Below, piece by piece: positions 1 to 9,444 of a stretch of 64,000 bases of DNA. Made by a program: the position numbers and the translations under genes. Below the pieces are notes generated by a model. That model ran no database searches. It worked only from the letters and a program-made list of their open reading frames with translations, and was not told where the DNA came from. The DNA comes from a virus. Location: the IMG/VR virus record IMGVR_UViG_3300047274_000223; one strand, written 5' to 3'. Position 1 is the stretch's first letter; every line of letters begins with the position of its first letter.

Positions 1-245
1 CTATCCATGGATATATTAGTTTAACTAATCATAATACGGATACTGTATTTACTGATGGTCACGATGGTAAAGAAATTTATAGAATAGAAAATAAACCACT
101 TCAACTATATCTTGGTCCTGGATATAGACATCATCATATAGAAGTAAGAGAATCTTATAGTGATGAAAGAATAACTCTTGGATTTGATATACAACTTGAC
201 GATGTTATTACAGAAAACTTTAGTTTTATACCAATCGTATTATGA
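1..245 (+). CDS. 5'-truncated probable 2OG-Fe(II) oxygenase-like protein
   Basis: Frame 3 is open from the window start (IHGYISL...HHHIEV...RITLGFD); its TGA overlaps the next ATG (ATGA). Confidence 0.6.
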   Translation, partial: IHGYISLTNHNTDTVFTDGHDGKEIYRIENKPLQLYLGPGYRHHHIEVRESYSDERITLGFDIQLDDVITENFSFIPIVL

Positions 246-829
246 ATTTAGATTTTTACTTCCCAACACCTATTTGGTGGACAGATCTTAATATTGATAA
301 TAATTTTGTTCTTGATTACTGCTATAAGAAGCGTAAAGAGAATCCTGTTGGTAGACAACTTAGTAATAGAGGTGGCTGGCAGTCTGAAGAACTCCCAATT
401 AAAGATGATTTAATTGAGTTGACTGATAGAATTATGGATTCTTCTGTTAGAACATTGGATGATTATGGATTTGAATCCAATAAGACCAGTATATTTTTTG
501 GCAATAGTTGGATCAATATCAATAAAGGATCGGACACTAATCAAATACATACCCACCATGGATCATTTTTATCTGGTGTATATTATGTAAAGGCCAATGA
601 GAATAGTGGGAATATATTTTTCTATAGAGATTTTGATCAAAATTTTATCACTACCAGTTATGCAAAGGTTACCAATCATACTTCTATAAGTAGTGGTGTG
701 GTATTTTATCCACCAAAAACTGGAAGATTGATTGTATTTCCATCCAATCTTCTTCACGCTGTAGATTCAAATCGTGATGATGAAGATAGAATCTCTATTG
801 CATTTAATATAGGTATTAAGTATGATTGA
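242..829 (+). CDS. Putative 2OG-Fe(II) oxygenase (TIGR02466-like)
   Basis: W.NIN...IHTH...LSGVYY...LIVFPS.L.H.V...R.SIAFN pattern. Confidence 0.85.
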   Translation: MNLDFYFPTPIWWTDLNIDNNFVLDYCYKKRKENPVGRQLSNRGGWQSEELPIKDDLIELTDRIMDSSVRTLDDYGFESNKTSIFFGNSWININKGSDTNQIHTHHGSFLSGVYYVKANENSGNIFFYRDFDQNFITTSYAKVTNHTSISSGVVFYPPKTGRLIVFPSNLLHAVDSNRDDEDRISIAFNIGIKYD

Positions 830-1532
830 TATTGGGCAAAGACTTTTAAATGAGTCTAATTACATCTATGAAGATAGAGCATATTATTATCCAAACTTAA
901 TTTCTAATCCAGAGACTTATCTTACTTGGGAGGATGTTGAGTACTGTGTCAATAATACTGCCTTTTATGAGTTTGAGGTTATCGATCACAACTCAAATAA
1001 AGTTAATATCAATAGATATACTAGAGCTTGGATATATGATAAGACAGTACAGGATTCATGTCAGATAGTTAATAATATCAATCATGGACACACTATCATC
1101 ATCATGAATTATGGGTATCATTCTAGAAAGACTCAAGAGTTATTAAATACTTTTGAGAGAATTTTTGATGTTGATGCTGCTATTCATGTGTATGGTGGAT
1201 TAGATGGATCAAAGTCTTTTAAGATACATGATGACTATCCATGCAACTTTATTATCCAAGTTGAGGGATCTACTGATTGGAAAGTATACAAGAACAGACT
1301 TTCTGCATTGTATATGACAGGAAAGGATCAGCACATTCTTCGAGATGATTTACTTGAAGTTGATCTTGAAGTTACTTTGAATCCTGGTGATGCTCTTTAT
1401 ATACCATCTAGAGCATATCACTGTGCTTCACCAGAAGGAAGAAGATTATCTATGAGTATACCTTGTTGGCCTAGAATGCCAGGAAGTAATCAAACCCCTG
1501 ATAGAAATTATTATAGGATTGGATATGAGTAA
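822..1532 (+). CDS. JmjC/cupin-4-like oxygenase
   Basis: SFKIHDD..NFIIQVEGS.DWKVY and L.PGDALYIP..YH motifs. Confidence 0.8.
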   Translation: MIDIGQRLLNESNYIYEDRAYYYPNLISNPETYLTWEDVEYCVNNTAFYEFEVIDHNSNKVNINRYTRAWIYDKTVQDSCQIVNNINHGHTIIIMNYGYHSRKTQELLNTFERIFDVDAAIHVYGGLDGSKSFKIHDDYPCNFIIQVEGSTDWKVYKNRLSALYMTGKDQHILRDDLLEVDLEVTLNPGDALYIPSRAYHCASPEGRRLSMSIPCWPRMPGSNQTPDRNYYRIGYE

Positions 1533-2097
1533 TCTACTTATTGACGAACAGAATAATATTATTTCGGAATCACATCAAAAGTATTTGTATGATTTGGTTA
1601 CTGATATTAAATTTGATTGGCATCATTTGGATGATGTGACATTTGAAAGAACGATTGATGGTACAAAAACTGTACCAGGGTTTTGTAATATGATATACCA
1701 AAATGGATGCTCTAATCAATGGTTTGATGTATTTTATCCTATCTTAAATGAGTATTTGAACCGTTCTGGTTATCAACTAAATACTCTGCTCAGAATGAGG
1801 ATGGGGTTTCTTTTGAATACAGTTTATTCTATGCCCCATCTGCCATATTCATATAATAATCCTCATATAGATTTTGAAGAACCACATTTCGTTGGTCTGT
1901 ATTATCTGAACACAACTGATGGTGATACTGTTATCTTCAATGAGACAGAAAAATTACAAAAGTATACTGTTAAGAAGAGAATTAAACCAGAAATGGGTAA
2001 GTTTGTGTGCTTTGATGGTAAGCAGTATCATGCAAGTACTTGCCCCAAAGTTAATACCAAAAGAATTGTTCTAACATTTAATTTCAGCGTAAAATGA
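1519..2097 (+). CDS. 2OG-Fe(II) oxygenase
   Basis: PHID...LYYLN..DGDT...FDG..YHAS...R motif; paralogue of 2702..3292. Confidence 0.8.
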   Translation: MDMSNLLIDEQNNIISESHQKYLYDLVTDIKFDWHHLDDVTFERTIDGTKTVPGFCNMIYQNGCSNQWFDVFYPILNEYLNRSGYQLNTLLRMRMGFLLNTVYSMPHLPYSYNNPHIDFEEPHFVGLYYLNTTDGDTVIFNETEKLQKYTVKKRIKPEMGKFVCFDGKQYHASTCPKVNTKRIVLTFNFSVK

Positions 2098-2705
2098 AAA
2101 CACCCATTATTGTTATAGATGAATTCTTTGAAACACCTTCACTAGTTCGTTCATACGGATTACAGCAGGAGTTTTTTAAAGGTGATCGAGGTAATTGGCC
2201 TGGTCTAAGAACAGAGTTCATTAGTGAGTTCAATAAAGAACTGTTTCATACTATTGCATCTAAATTGATGTATTATCTCCCAGGTAAGCATACCTTTACC
2301 CATCTAGAATGTGGTTTTCAGATTATAGATGAAACCTATGGTTCTGGATGGGTGCATGATGATGATCATAAATTTAATGTAGCTGGTATCATTTACTTAA
2401 ATCCAGATAATATACCAGATAATAGTGGTACTACTTTTTATGATCATCGTCTAGATGTAAATGGTGAAGATTATTCCAATATGTTCAGAAGTGAAGTTAA
2501 TGCCGAAAATGTTGAACTGAGGAACGAATACAAAAAATATAGAGATGAACATCGTAGTAAATGGAAACCAAATACAATCGTAGAAAATCGATATAATAGA
2601 TGTGTGATGTTTGACTCAACTTTGTGGCATAGTGCCGACAACTTCTTTGGGACGGATATGAATAATTCCAGGCTTACGATTGTTTTCTTTGGACATGCGA
2701 TATGA
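2094..2705 (+). CDS. 2OG-Fe(II) oxygenase (DUF6445-like)
   Basis: WVHDD..AGIIYLNP...NRYNR.VMFD...WHSA...RLT.VFF. Confidence 0.75.
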   Translation: MKTPIIVIDEFFETPSLVRSYGLQQEFFKGDRGNWPGLRTEFISEFNKELFHTIASKLMYYLPGKHTFTHLECGFQIIDETYGSGWVHDDDHKFNVAGIIYLNPDNIPDNSGTTFYDHRLDVNGEDYSNMFRSEVNAENVELRNEYKKYRDEHRSKWKPNTIVENRYNRCVMFDSTLWHSADNFFGTDMNNSRLTIVFFGHAI

Positions 2706-3292
2706 TTAAAGTTATTGACAACGTAATACCAAAAGATTATCAAGATTATATCTTTCATTTGGTAACAGAACCCGATTTTCCTTTATACTTTAAGAAAAAT
2801 ATAGTAACCCATAAGTATGATATGTCCCAAAATATTCATGGGTTTATTCATTCTCTTTATGACGAAAATGCACAAAAATCTAATTATTTCTCACCAATCT
2901 ATCCTTTGGTTTTGAATATAACAGAAAAGACTGGAGTTAAATTTCATGCTCTCGATAGAATGAGATTCAACTTTATTTTGGGCAATCCTGATTCTAAATT
3001 AGATCACCATTTACCACATGTGGATAATTTTTTACCACATTATGTTGCAATTTACTATGTTAATGATTGTGATGGCGATACTGTAATTTTTAATGAAATG
3101 TTGGATATTCCTACTATAGAAAGAGACGAAGAATTTATTGAACGAAATCATTGGACAATTAAAGAAAGAGTATCACCAAAGAAAGGAAGAATGGTAATTT
3201 TCGATGGTAGATATTATCATGCAAGTTCTTTTACTAAAACTCAACCATTTCGATGCGTTATTAATATGAATCTTGCCGTATTTCAACTATGA
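2702..3292 (+). CDS. 2OG-Fe(II) oxygenase
   Basis: PHVD..IYYVND.DGDT...FDG.YYHAS...R motif. Confidence 0.8.
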   Translation: MIKVIDNVIPKDYQDYIFHLVTEPDFPLYFKKNIVTHKYDMSQNIHGFIHSLYDENAQKSNYFSPIYPLVLNITEKTGVKFHALDRMRFNFILGNPDSKLDHHLPHVDNFLPHYVAIYYVNDCDGDTVIFNEMLDIPTIERDEEFIERNHWTIKERVSPKKGRMVIFDGRYYHASSFTKTQPFRCVINMNLAVFQL

Positions 3293-3831
3293 TTAAAGTT
3301 GTTAGACATGCTATCTCCAGGGAGATATGTAACTATGTGGCTACAAATATGGAAATGCTTAGGACAGTACTTGGTAATCCTGCAGATCCAACTATAAACA
3401 ATGCGTTTGGATATTATTCTCCAATTTTTCTTGAAAGTTTACTAGTTTATCTTCAACCATTGATTGAGAAAGAGGTTGGGAAGACCCTATATCCCACTTA
3501 TTCTTATGGGAGGATATATGGTAATGGTAGTGTCTTAGAACGCCATATAGACCGTCCTAGCGGTGAGTATGGAGTCACTTGTTGTATGGAGAAAGAGACT
3601 AATTGGCCAATAAACTTTGAGGTTGATAATAAATTTATACCATATGAATTGAACGTGGGAGATATTTGTATCTACAAGGGTATAGAGTATCCACACTGGA
3701 GAGATCCATATTCAGGTAATAGACACATTCAAGTATTTCTAATGTATGTTGATGCTGATGGAGAATATTCGTCTTGGAAATACGATCGTAGAAATTACTT
3801 ATGTGGGGGCTTGACACCTGATCGGTCCTGA
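3289..3831 (+). CDS. 2OG-Fe(II) oxygenase, prolyl-hydroxylase-like
   Basis: YSYGRIY..G..LERH.DR...HWRDP...QVFL pattern typical of cyanophage oxygenases. Confidence 0.75.
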   Translation: MIKVVRHAISREICNYVATNMEMLRTVLGNPADPTINNAFGYYSPIFLESLLVYLQPLIEKEVGKTLYPTYSYGRIYGNGSVLERHIDRPSGEYGVTCCMEKETNWPINFEVDNKFIPYELNVGDICIYKGIEYPHWRDPYSGNRHIQVFLMYVDADGEYSSWKYDRRNYLCGGLTPDRS

Positions 3832-3839
3832 GGTACTAT
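3811..3839 (+). promoter_or_regulatory. sigma70-type early promoter
   Basis: TTGACA-N17-TACTAT. Confidence 0.8.
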
Positions 3840-3872
3840 ATAGAAGTAGTTCGCAAGCAAAACCGAAAACCT

Positions 3873-4061
3873 ATGGGTCGCACCTATCGTCGAGATGACC
3901 ACCATTCCTGGGGTAAGTACAACAAAGATCGTCGCCAGAAGGGAAATTCCGAACGTTATTCTCGAACCGAAGAGTTCAATGAATTTGGTTCTCGCAAAAA
4001 AGGTAAAAAGAAGTTTGATCTTACTTCTACCGAATATTATGAGGAGGATTGGGGTTCATGA
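3873..4061 (+). CDS. Small basic hypothetical protein
   Basis: First ORF after the promoter; Arg/Lys-rich. Confidence 0.7.
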   Translation: MGRTYRRDDHHSWGKYNKDRRQKGNSERYSRTEEFNEFGSRKKGKKKFDLTSTEYYEEDWGS

Positions 4062-4174
4062 ACGAAGAAGAGTTTTTTGCCGAAGAAATTCAATCTCAAC
4101 CAGAACCTATCTTAGAGATCGACTATGATGACTATCCCGAATTTGATTCACTAGAGTACACTACTGACTGGTAA
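4058..4174 (+). CDS. Small acidic hypothetical protein
   Basis: ATGA-coupled 38-aa ORF (MNEEEFFAEE...). Confidence 0.55.
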   Translation: MNEEEFFAEEIQSQPEPILEIDYDDYPEFDSLEYTTDW

Positions 4175-4176
4175 TT

Positions 4177-4344
4177 ATGAAACTCCAAGACCCTATGCTT
4201 AACGTTGCTCTCACTGAAACCGAATGTAAGTTTCTAGTGAACGTTCTTCTTGATTGGGATCAATCACAAAAGAATCAAACTAAAACAGAAAAGAAAATGT
4301 GGGAGCATCTAATTACACAATTAGATCCCTATCTACAAAAATAA
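4177..4344 (+). CDS. Hypothetical protein
   Basis: 55-aa ORF tightly packed between neighbours. Confidence 0.55.
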   Translation: MKLQDPMLNVALTETECKFLVNVLLDWDQSQKNQTKTEKKMWEHLITQLDPYLQK

Positions 4345-4596
4345 ATGTTCTATAGCCCATCGTATTATACATTTGTAACATTCTTATGTTTACTTGGTTA
4401 TTTCTTTTGGGTTTATCCTGAAGGAATGAATCGAGTCCTGATCTTTATTAATTTGCAACTCAAAACGTTGTATATTGAGATCATGAGAATCTATTACAAA
4501 TGGATAATGCTGAGGAGACTCAACCAATTAAATAAGGAGATCGGACTTCCCCCGATCCCATGGAACCATAAGAAAGGCAAATCAATGGACCCTTGA
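4345..4596 (+). CDS. Hypothetical membrane protein
   Basis: Hydrophobic N-terminus; abuts upstream stop. Confidence 0.6.
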   Translation: MFYSPSYYTFVTFLCLLGYFFWVYPEGMNRVLIFINLQLKTLYIEIMRIYYKWIMLRRLNQLNKEIGLPPIPWNHKKGKSMDP

Positions 4597-4621
4597 CAGG
4601 GATTCGGATTTGCCTTATATT
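4568..4621 (+). promoter_or_regulatory. Early promoter with degenerate upstream 15-bp site
   Basis: ATAAG-N5-CAAAT, N10, TTGACA-N17-TATATT. Confidence 0.75.
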
Positions 4622-4643
4622 ATCTTTGTTGAACACAAAACCC

Positions 4644-4799
4644 ATGACAAAAGACTTTCTGCGGGACGACTATTCATTCTTGAATGCACTGATTCGTGAC
4701 ATTGACGATGCAGTTGATTGCATTCATGACTCAGATGAAGAATGGATTGATTCTGTTCTTGGTGATGAAGATGAAGTAATTCGACAACTAATTGCATGA
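4644..4799 (+). CDS. Acidic hypothetical protein
   Basis: ATG downstream of the promoter (MTKDFLRDD...). Confidence 0.6.
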   Translation: MTKDFLRDDYSFLNALIRDIDDAVDCIHDSDEEWIDSVLGDEDEVIRQLIA

Positions 4800-4984
4800 C
4801 CCACCACGATCAACTAATTGATTCAATTATCGACGAGATCTACTACGTCTGGACAGAGATTTGCGAATGGAATTGTGAAGAAACACAAGAAACTGTTCGT
4901 GAAACTGCACAACGTATTCTTGAACATGTAGAAGAGTTTCAAGGTAATCGAACTAAACTTAATCAATGGAGAGCAACTGACTAA
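4796..4984 (+). CDS. Hypothetical protein
   Basis: ATGA-coupled ORF. Confidence 0.65.
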   Translation: MTHHDQLIDSIIDEIYYVWTEICEWNCEETQETVRETAQRILEHVEEFQGNRTKLNQWRATD

Positions 4985-5178
4985 TGGCACTATCACAACA
5001 AGTTGAAGACAGTCTGAATGAAGCACAGTCAGCACTTCGTAATGCACTTGCTTTTGCTGCACGAAACGAACGTCCTGTGGTATGTAATGCAATTTCAGAA
5101 TCTATCTGTCGCATCGAACAAATTCAAACGTTTGATGGATTGATGGATAAATTGGATAACATGACTTACGATAAATGA
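4984..5178 (+). CDS. Conserved cyanophage hypothetical protein
   Basis: Coupled ORF; MALSQQVEDSL.EAQ..LRNALAFAAR.ERP pattern recalled from cyanomyoviruses. Confidence 0.7.
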   Translation: MALSQQVEDSLNEAQSALRNALAFAARNERPVVCNAISESICRIEQIQTFDGLMDKLDNMTYDK

Positions 5179-5717
5179 ACAAATTTAATAAATTAATTAA
5201 TCCAAGAAGTTCTACTTACTACGATATAAAAAACTTTATTCTTGGAGCAGATTTTCCTTGGTATTGGAATCCTAAGGCTACACCAGATGATGTTGATACT
5301 GGTCAATATCAGGATGTACCTTTCTACAGTCATGTCTTTATGGCAAGACCAAGATGGAAAAGTATGGCAGATAAATTGTATCCAGAACAGCACTCAATGT
5401 TGTTGGATACTATCTATCCACTGTTAGATGAAATTGTACAAATTAATAATCTACAAGTTAATTCTTTCATGAGAATTAATGCTAACTGTGTTCATCCACA
5501 ATATGATCCAAGATCAACTATTCCACACCATGATCATCAATTCGATCATACAAATCTAATTGTATATTTTACTGATGCTGGTGGGGAAACTATTTTGGTT
5601 GATGATAATGAAATGTTCAATCCATCTCAGGACGATATTGTTTCATTCAAAGGTCTTCATTGTATGAATCCACCAAAGAAAGATCGTAGAGTTATTTTAG
5701 TTGCAACATACATATGA
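5175..5717 (+). CDS. 2OG-Fe(II) oxygenase
   Basis: PHHDH..NLIVYFT..GG.T...H...P...RR.ILV motif. Confidence 0.75.
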   Translation: MNKFNKLINPRSSTYYDIKNFILGADFPWYWNPKATPDDVDTGQYQDVPFYSHVFMARPRWKSMADKLYPEQHSMLLDTIYPLLDEIVQINNLQVNSFMRINANCVHPQYDPRSTIPHHDHQFDHTNLIVYFTDAGGETILVDDNEMFNPSQDDIVSFKGLHCMNPPKKDRRVILVATYI

Positions 5718-5884
5718 CCGAAACCACACCAGAAACAGTAGATGAAGCAAACTGGGGTTTGTTCCGTGCTACAATGAATCTACCTGCTGCTGCGGCCCAT
5801 TGTGGAATGACAAAGCGGGAAATGAAAATGACATTTAGGGAGTTTCTAAAACATCATGAACCAGACTATTCCGAATCTAACTGA
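5714..5884 (+). CDS. Conserved cyanophage hypothetical protein
   Basis: Coupled 56-aa ORF (V.EAN.GLF.A.MNLP.AA.HCGMT.REMK). Confidence 0.65.
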   Translation: MTETTPETVDEANWGLFRATMNLPAAAAHCGMTKREMKMTFREFLKHHEPDYSESN

Positions 5885-6032
5885 TCGTCAGTGGCAGACT
5901 GTTTATTCTGCTGTGCGTCGGTATCAATTTGAGAAATGCTTGCTTGATTCTAAAGATTACTGGGAGTGCTCAGAAATCCTTGACGAACTGTTTGATCTTG
6001 TCTATACTCAGACAAGAGAACAACCAACCTAA
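5856..6032 (+). CDS. Hypothetical protein
   Basis: 58-aa ORF filling the gap; stop overlaps next ATG. Confidence 0.55.
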   Translation: MNQTIPNLTDRQWQTVYSAVRRYQFEKCLLDSKDYWECSEILDELFDLVYTQTREQPT

Positions 6033-6217
6033 TGAAACACTTGAGAGTTATGCGAGTCTGTGATTTGTTACAAGATGCGAGAGATCGTATGCTTGAACTT
6101 GACGAGACTGAAGATGCTGCTACACTAGAACTGCTCTACCAAAAGTACACCAAACTTTATCATGAATATCTTCGTGACGCATTTGAATCCACACCAATCA
6201 GCACGGGTTCTACCTGA
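6032..6217 (+). CDS. Hypothetical protein
   Basis: Coupled ORF. Confidence 0.5.
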   Translation: MKHLRVMRVCDLLQDARDRMLELDETEDAATLELLYQKYTKLYHEYLRDAFESTPISTGST

Positions 6218-6689
6218 CAAACATGTGGTCAAAATGCCCCTAGAATGCTGTCAAATGCTCAGCATCGTATACTCTAGTTGGTATTATGATTGGGGTACTA
6301 TTCCAAAGAAAGATGGTACTAGTTATGAAACTAAAGGTGGAGCATTTCGCAATCATCCTTGCACCAAATGGGCAGCAGAGAATATCTACAATACTGCATG
6401 GTTAATTGTACATGGCCTTGCGCTTTGTACAGAGTATAGATATCGATATGGTAAGATTCATGCCTGCACTAAATCTTTAGTTGAAGCAAAGAAAATGTTT
6501 CATCGTAAGACAGAAAAGGCAATTACATGCTATAGTATGGCAGAACACTTTGCCCGTGCTATGCCTGACGAGTACAAACTAGATACTAGCATTGATACAC
6601 CCACAGCATATAAGATGTATGTTGCATCTAAACCTTGGGTCAAAGATAACTATTTACGTAAACCTGAGAGGAAACCAGAATGGGTATGA
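6162..6689 (+). CDS. Pyrimidine-dimer DNA glycosylase/endonuclease V-like protein
   Basis: MNIF....P..SA..L.DKHVVKM.LE..QML...HPCT.W...EY..RYGK.H family signature. Confidence 0.8.
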   Translation: MNIFVTHLNPHQSARVLPDKHVVKMPLECCQMLSIVYSSWYYDWGTIPKKDGTSYETKGGAFRNHPCTKWAAENIYNTAWLIVHGLALCTEYRYRYGKIHACTKSLVEAKKMFHRKTEKAITCYSMAEHFARAMPDEYKLDTSIDTPTAYKMYVASKPWVKDNYLRKPERKPEWV

Positions 6690-6931
6690 TGTGGAGATTG
6701 TGGGCTAAAGCAATAGGAGAGAAAGCACACAGGAAGGATAATATTGCAGATAAAGTTGCGGTGATTCGTACTATTATTTTTGCAACGTATCTTATTACAA
6801 ACTGTTTTATTGTTGCTGGTGTTATTCGTCACTGGAATGATGAAACAGAGATACTTATTGAGATTCATGAAGCACAACCAACAGTGCCTTTAGTCAAAGC
6901 AAATTATAATCGTACAGGAGAATTTGAATGA
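6680..6931 (+). CDS. Hypothetical membrane protein
   Basis: WRLWAKA.GEKA...AD.VA.IRT..F..Y..TN.FIVAGVIRHW, a pattern typical of cyanophage small membrane proteins. Confidence 0.7.
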   Translation: MGMMWRLWAKAIGEKAHRKDNIADKVAVIRTIIFATYLITNCFIVAGVIRHWNDETEILIEIHEAQPTVPLVKANYNRTGEFE

Positions 6932-7137
6932 AAGAATTGATTGATGATGCCTTCTATTGTGAGGAAACTCCATATAAACTGTGGCACTCGTTTGATAAAG
7001 ATGGGAAACCTTTGATTACTGCAATGACAGAGGAACAGTGTATCTCTGGCACACGATTCTATCTCAAGGGGTTGCAAGATGGCTGGGATGATACTAATAC
7101 TATCAAACATGAGGGAACTGTAGGTGGAAAACTCTGA
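6928..7137 (+). CDS. Conserved cyanophage hypothetical protein
   Basis: Coupled ORF ending in GTVGGKL. Confidence 0.7.
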   Translation: MKELIDDAFYCEETPYKLWHSFDKDGKPLITAMTEEQCISGTRFYLKGLQDGWDDTNTIKHEGTVGGKL

Positions 7138-7291
7138 GTATCCATATCACGAATTAGATCCAACAACTCCATGGTACGAGTGGTTAATGTACTGTGAGAT
7201 CTGTCATCAACTAGATGTAAAGGATCAACCACGATTGGGTAGGTATATGGCATATCGTAGGTACTTGAAATCTGTGGGGGTTCTATGGTAG
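7124..7291 (+). CDS. Hypothetical protein
   Basis: GTG-start 55-aa ORF (YPYHELDPTTPWYEWLMYCE) filling the gap. Confidence 0.55.
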   Translation: MENSEYPYHELDPTTPWYEWLMYCEICHQLDVKDQPRLGRYMAYRRYLKSVGVLW

Positions 7292-7743
7292 ACTATGGCA
7301 ACTGGAAACTCAATGAGATTTTCAACGACACATTTCCAAACTTAGGATGGGCAAAACGTATGGATGACAAACCGAAATTTGCTGGTAATTATGAGGGCCC
7401 GTTATATGCACCTCATCCAGATCTGACTGGACCTTATCCAGATGAAATGTTCGAGGAAGCAGAACGTCGAGAGAAGAGTAATCGTGTTCTTCAACGATAC
7501 AATGACTTCTACAATGCTGAGTGTGCTGGACTCACTCATGGCACACCTATCACACCAGAGCATCAACAGGCACTTGCTCTAGATTGTATGGTTGCTGCTA
7601 TTCGTTGTGAGAACCTTAATCGTGAGTTTGATCAAGTTCCTGTTTCTGATATTGAAGATTTGATTGAAGCATTGTATCAGCAAGGTAGAGATTATCTTGA
7701 CCGAGTACAAGAATTTAAGGATAGTGCTGATGGAGTAGCATAA
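7285..7743 (+). CDS. Hypothetical protein
   Basis: 152-aa ORF in an operon-like run. Confidence 0.65.
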   Translation: MVDYGNWKLNEIFNDTFPNLGWAKRMDDKPKFAGNYEGPLYAPHPDLTGPYPDEMFEEAERREKSNRVLQRYNDFYNAECAGLTHGTPITPEHQQALALDCMVAAIRCENLNREFDQVPVSDIEDLIEALYQQGRDYLDRVQEFKDSADGVA

Positions 7744-7895
7744 TGAATCTTACATTTAAACAACATGTTATTTTGTTGGCAGGCCTTACATCGTTGTTCG
7801 ATCATGCTGAAAAAGTTGGTAATTCTCAAATGCAGCATGAGATTTTACAACTTTCTGATATTATTCAAGAGTATGCGGAGAAACTGAAACCATGA
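7743..7895 (+). CDS. Hypothetical protein
   Basis: Coupled 50-aa ORF. Confidence 0.5.
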   Translation: MNLTFKQHVILLAGLTSLFDHAEKVGNSQMQHEILQLSDIIQEYAEKLKP

Positions 7896-8086
7896 CTGAT
7901 AAAACACTATTCAACCCAGACGAGTTTCTGCTAGACAATATCAAATCTTATCACTATGAGGTGATGGATGAGGGTGAGCATGTGTGGATGGCATTCTATT
8001 TTGAGGATGGTCGCATAGGGCACTTGAACATCTTCAACAACTGTGGTAAGATCAATACCAGATACGAGGAATGGGATGAGATTTGA
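7892..8086 (+). CDS. Hypothetical protein
   Basis: Coupled ORF. Confidence 0.6.
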   Translation: MTDKTLFNPDEFLLDNIKSYHYEVMDEGEHVWMAFYFEDGRIGHLNIFNNCGKINTRYEEWDEI

Positions 8087-8294
8087 AGAACCAACTAGAT
8101 GGGAATACTTTCTTGATGGATTTCGTAATATCTACTATATTCTCGATTGTTATGATGACGGTGATGAATGGGGATATGATGAGTTCTGGGAGAGTTTGAG
8201 TATCGGTTGGTATCGTGAGTATATCTTTCCTTATGACGATCCGTTTAATATACATATCCCATCACCCGAACGTAAATTGAGGATTGGAGAATGA
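8076..8294 (+). CDS. Hypothetical protein
   Basis: Overlapping ORF (MRFEEPTRWEY...). Confidence 0.55.
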   Translation: MRFEEPTRWEYFLDGFRNIYYILDCYDDGDEWGYDEFWESLSIGWYREYIFPYDDPFNIHIPSPERKLRIGE

Positions 8295-8479
8295 ATGTAC
8301 CGACACATGAAGAACTAATGCACCTGAAGATTCAGGCTGCTATGAGAGAGAATCACTTTCAAGAAGATCAAATGAAGTATCTTGGAGAACGTGCTGGACA
8401 TCACTGGTATCTTGTTGCTGGTGAATATGAAGTATCTGCAGACCAAATTGAGGGATTTGATAAAAATGAAACTGATTGA
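8291..8479 (+). CDS. Hypothetical protein
   Basis: Coupled ORF. Confidence 0.65.
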   Translation: MNVPTHEELMHLKIQAAMRENHFQEDQMKYLGERAGHHWYLVAGEYEVSADQIEGFDKNETD

Positions 8480-8780
8480 TTATGCACACTACGAAGACTT
8501 CGGACACGAATGGTATTTCCAAATACTTTCATTCTATCCTAAGTTTGCTCTGATTGATATGGTAGTTCAGTGGGATGAATATCCTGCTACTGAATGGTTT
8601 CCATTTCTAATTGTTGGTATTGGACCCCGTGATATTGGATTCTCATTCCGTTGGAAATGGTTTGAACTTCGTTTTGATATTCTAGACTTTGATCCACGCA
8701 ATCTAAATAACTATCGAGAAGGCAGAACTGTCTATTACAAAGTGAGAAAGCAAGATGAGCAGGAAACTGAACTGGTTTGA
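8466..8780 (+). CDS. Hypothetical protein
   Basis: Aromatic-rich ORF from internal ATG (MKLIDY...). Confidence 0.6.
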   Translation: MKLIDYAHYEDFGHEWYFQILSFYPKFALIDMVVQWDEYPATEWFPFLIVGIGPRDIGFSFRWKWFELRFDILDFDPRNLNNYREGRTVYYKVRKQDEQETELV

Positions 8781-9084
8781 GTATTATTTTGGACACTGTT
8801 TCCAGACTGGCTGGAGAGAGATCTGGAACAACTTTAAGATGTGGAGAGATCTTATCAGTGGAAACTATGCTGATTATGCTCTACTGAGTACTGATGATCC
8901 ATATCAAGAATGTTATGAATGGTTCTGGTGCAGTATCAACATGGATGAAACATATCCAAAAGAGTTTCTAGAATACTTGATGGAAATGTGTGATAAGATT
9001 GATCGTGGTGAAGAGAAGTTAATACCTTTGGATGAAGATTTCTTTGATAGAATGAAAGAATTACTAGACGATGAACAAGACTGA
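8755..9084 (+). CDS. Hypothetical protein
   Basis: 109-aa ORF ending before a promoter. Confidence 0.65.
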   Translation: MSRKLNWFEYYFGHCFQTGWREIWNNFKMWRDLISGNYADYALLSTDDPYQECYEWFWCSINMDETYPKEFLEYLMEMCDKIDRGEEKLIPLDEDFFDRMKELLDDEQD

Positions 9085-9105
9085 TAAGGATAAGTTATAC
9101 GTCAT

Positions 9106-9161
9106 ATTATTTTTACTAATACTCTTCCTACTTGACATGTGCGTGGTGGGTGGGGTATTAT
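9106..9161 (+). promoter_or_regulatory. Early promoter with upstream 15-bp site
   Basis: ATTAT-N5-CTAAT, N11, TTGACA-N18-TATTAT. Confidence 0.65.
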
Positions 9162-9207
9162 ACAAGGGTAAAGCAAACTTCCCTGAACTGATCAAGCATC
9201 TGCAATC

Positions 9208-9444
9208 ATGAGAAAGGTTATCGTAAAACCCAAATCTAGCAAGGCAAAGAACCGTCTTGCTAACATCATGGAAGGCAATCCTGTCTGTATTGTAGAACAG
9301 GATACTGGTGGTGAGTTATTCTTAGCATCAGAGAATCGCAAATACTTTATGTGGGTCAGCACTCGCACTGGAACTAATCGTTTTGGTGACAAAGCTGACG
9401 CACACTGGGAAATTATCACCGAAATCAAGGATGTAATCTTATGA
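9208..9444 (+). CDS. Conserved cyanophage hypothetical protein
   Basis: V.PKS.KAKNRLAN.M pattern; first ORF after promoter. Confidence 0.7.
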   Translation: MRKVIVKPKSSKAKNRLANIMEGNPVCIVEQDTGGELFLASENRKYFMWVSTRTGTNRFGDKADAHWEIITEIKDVIL

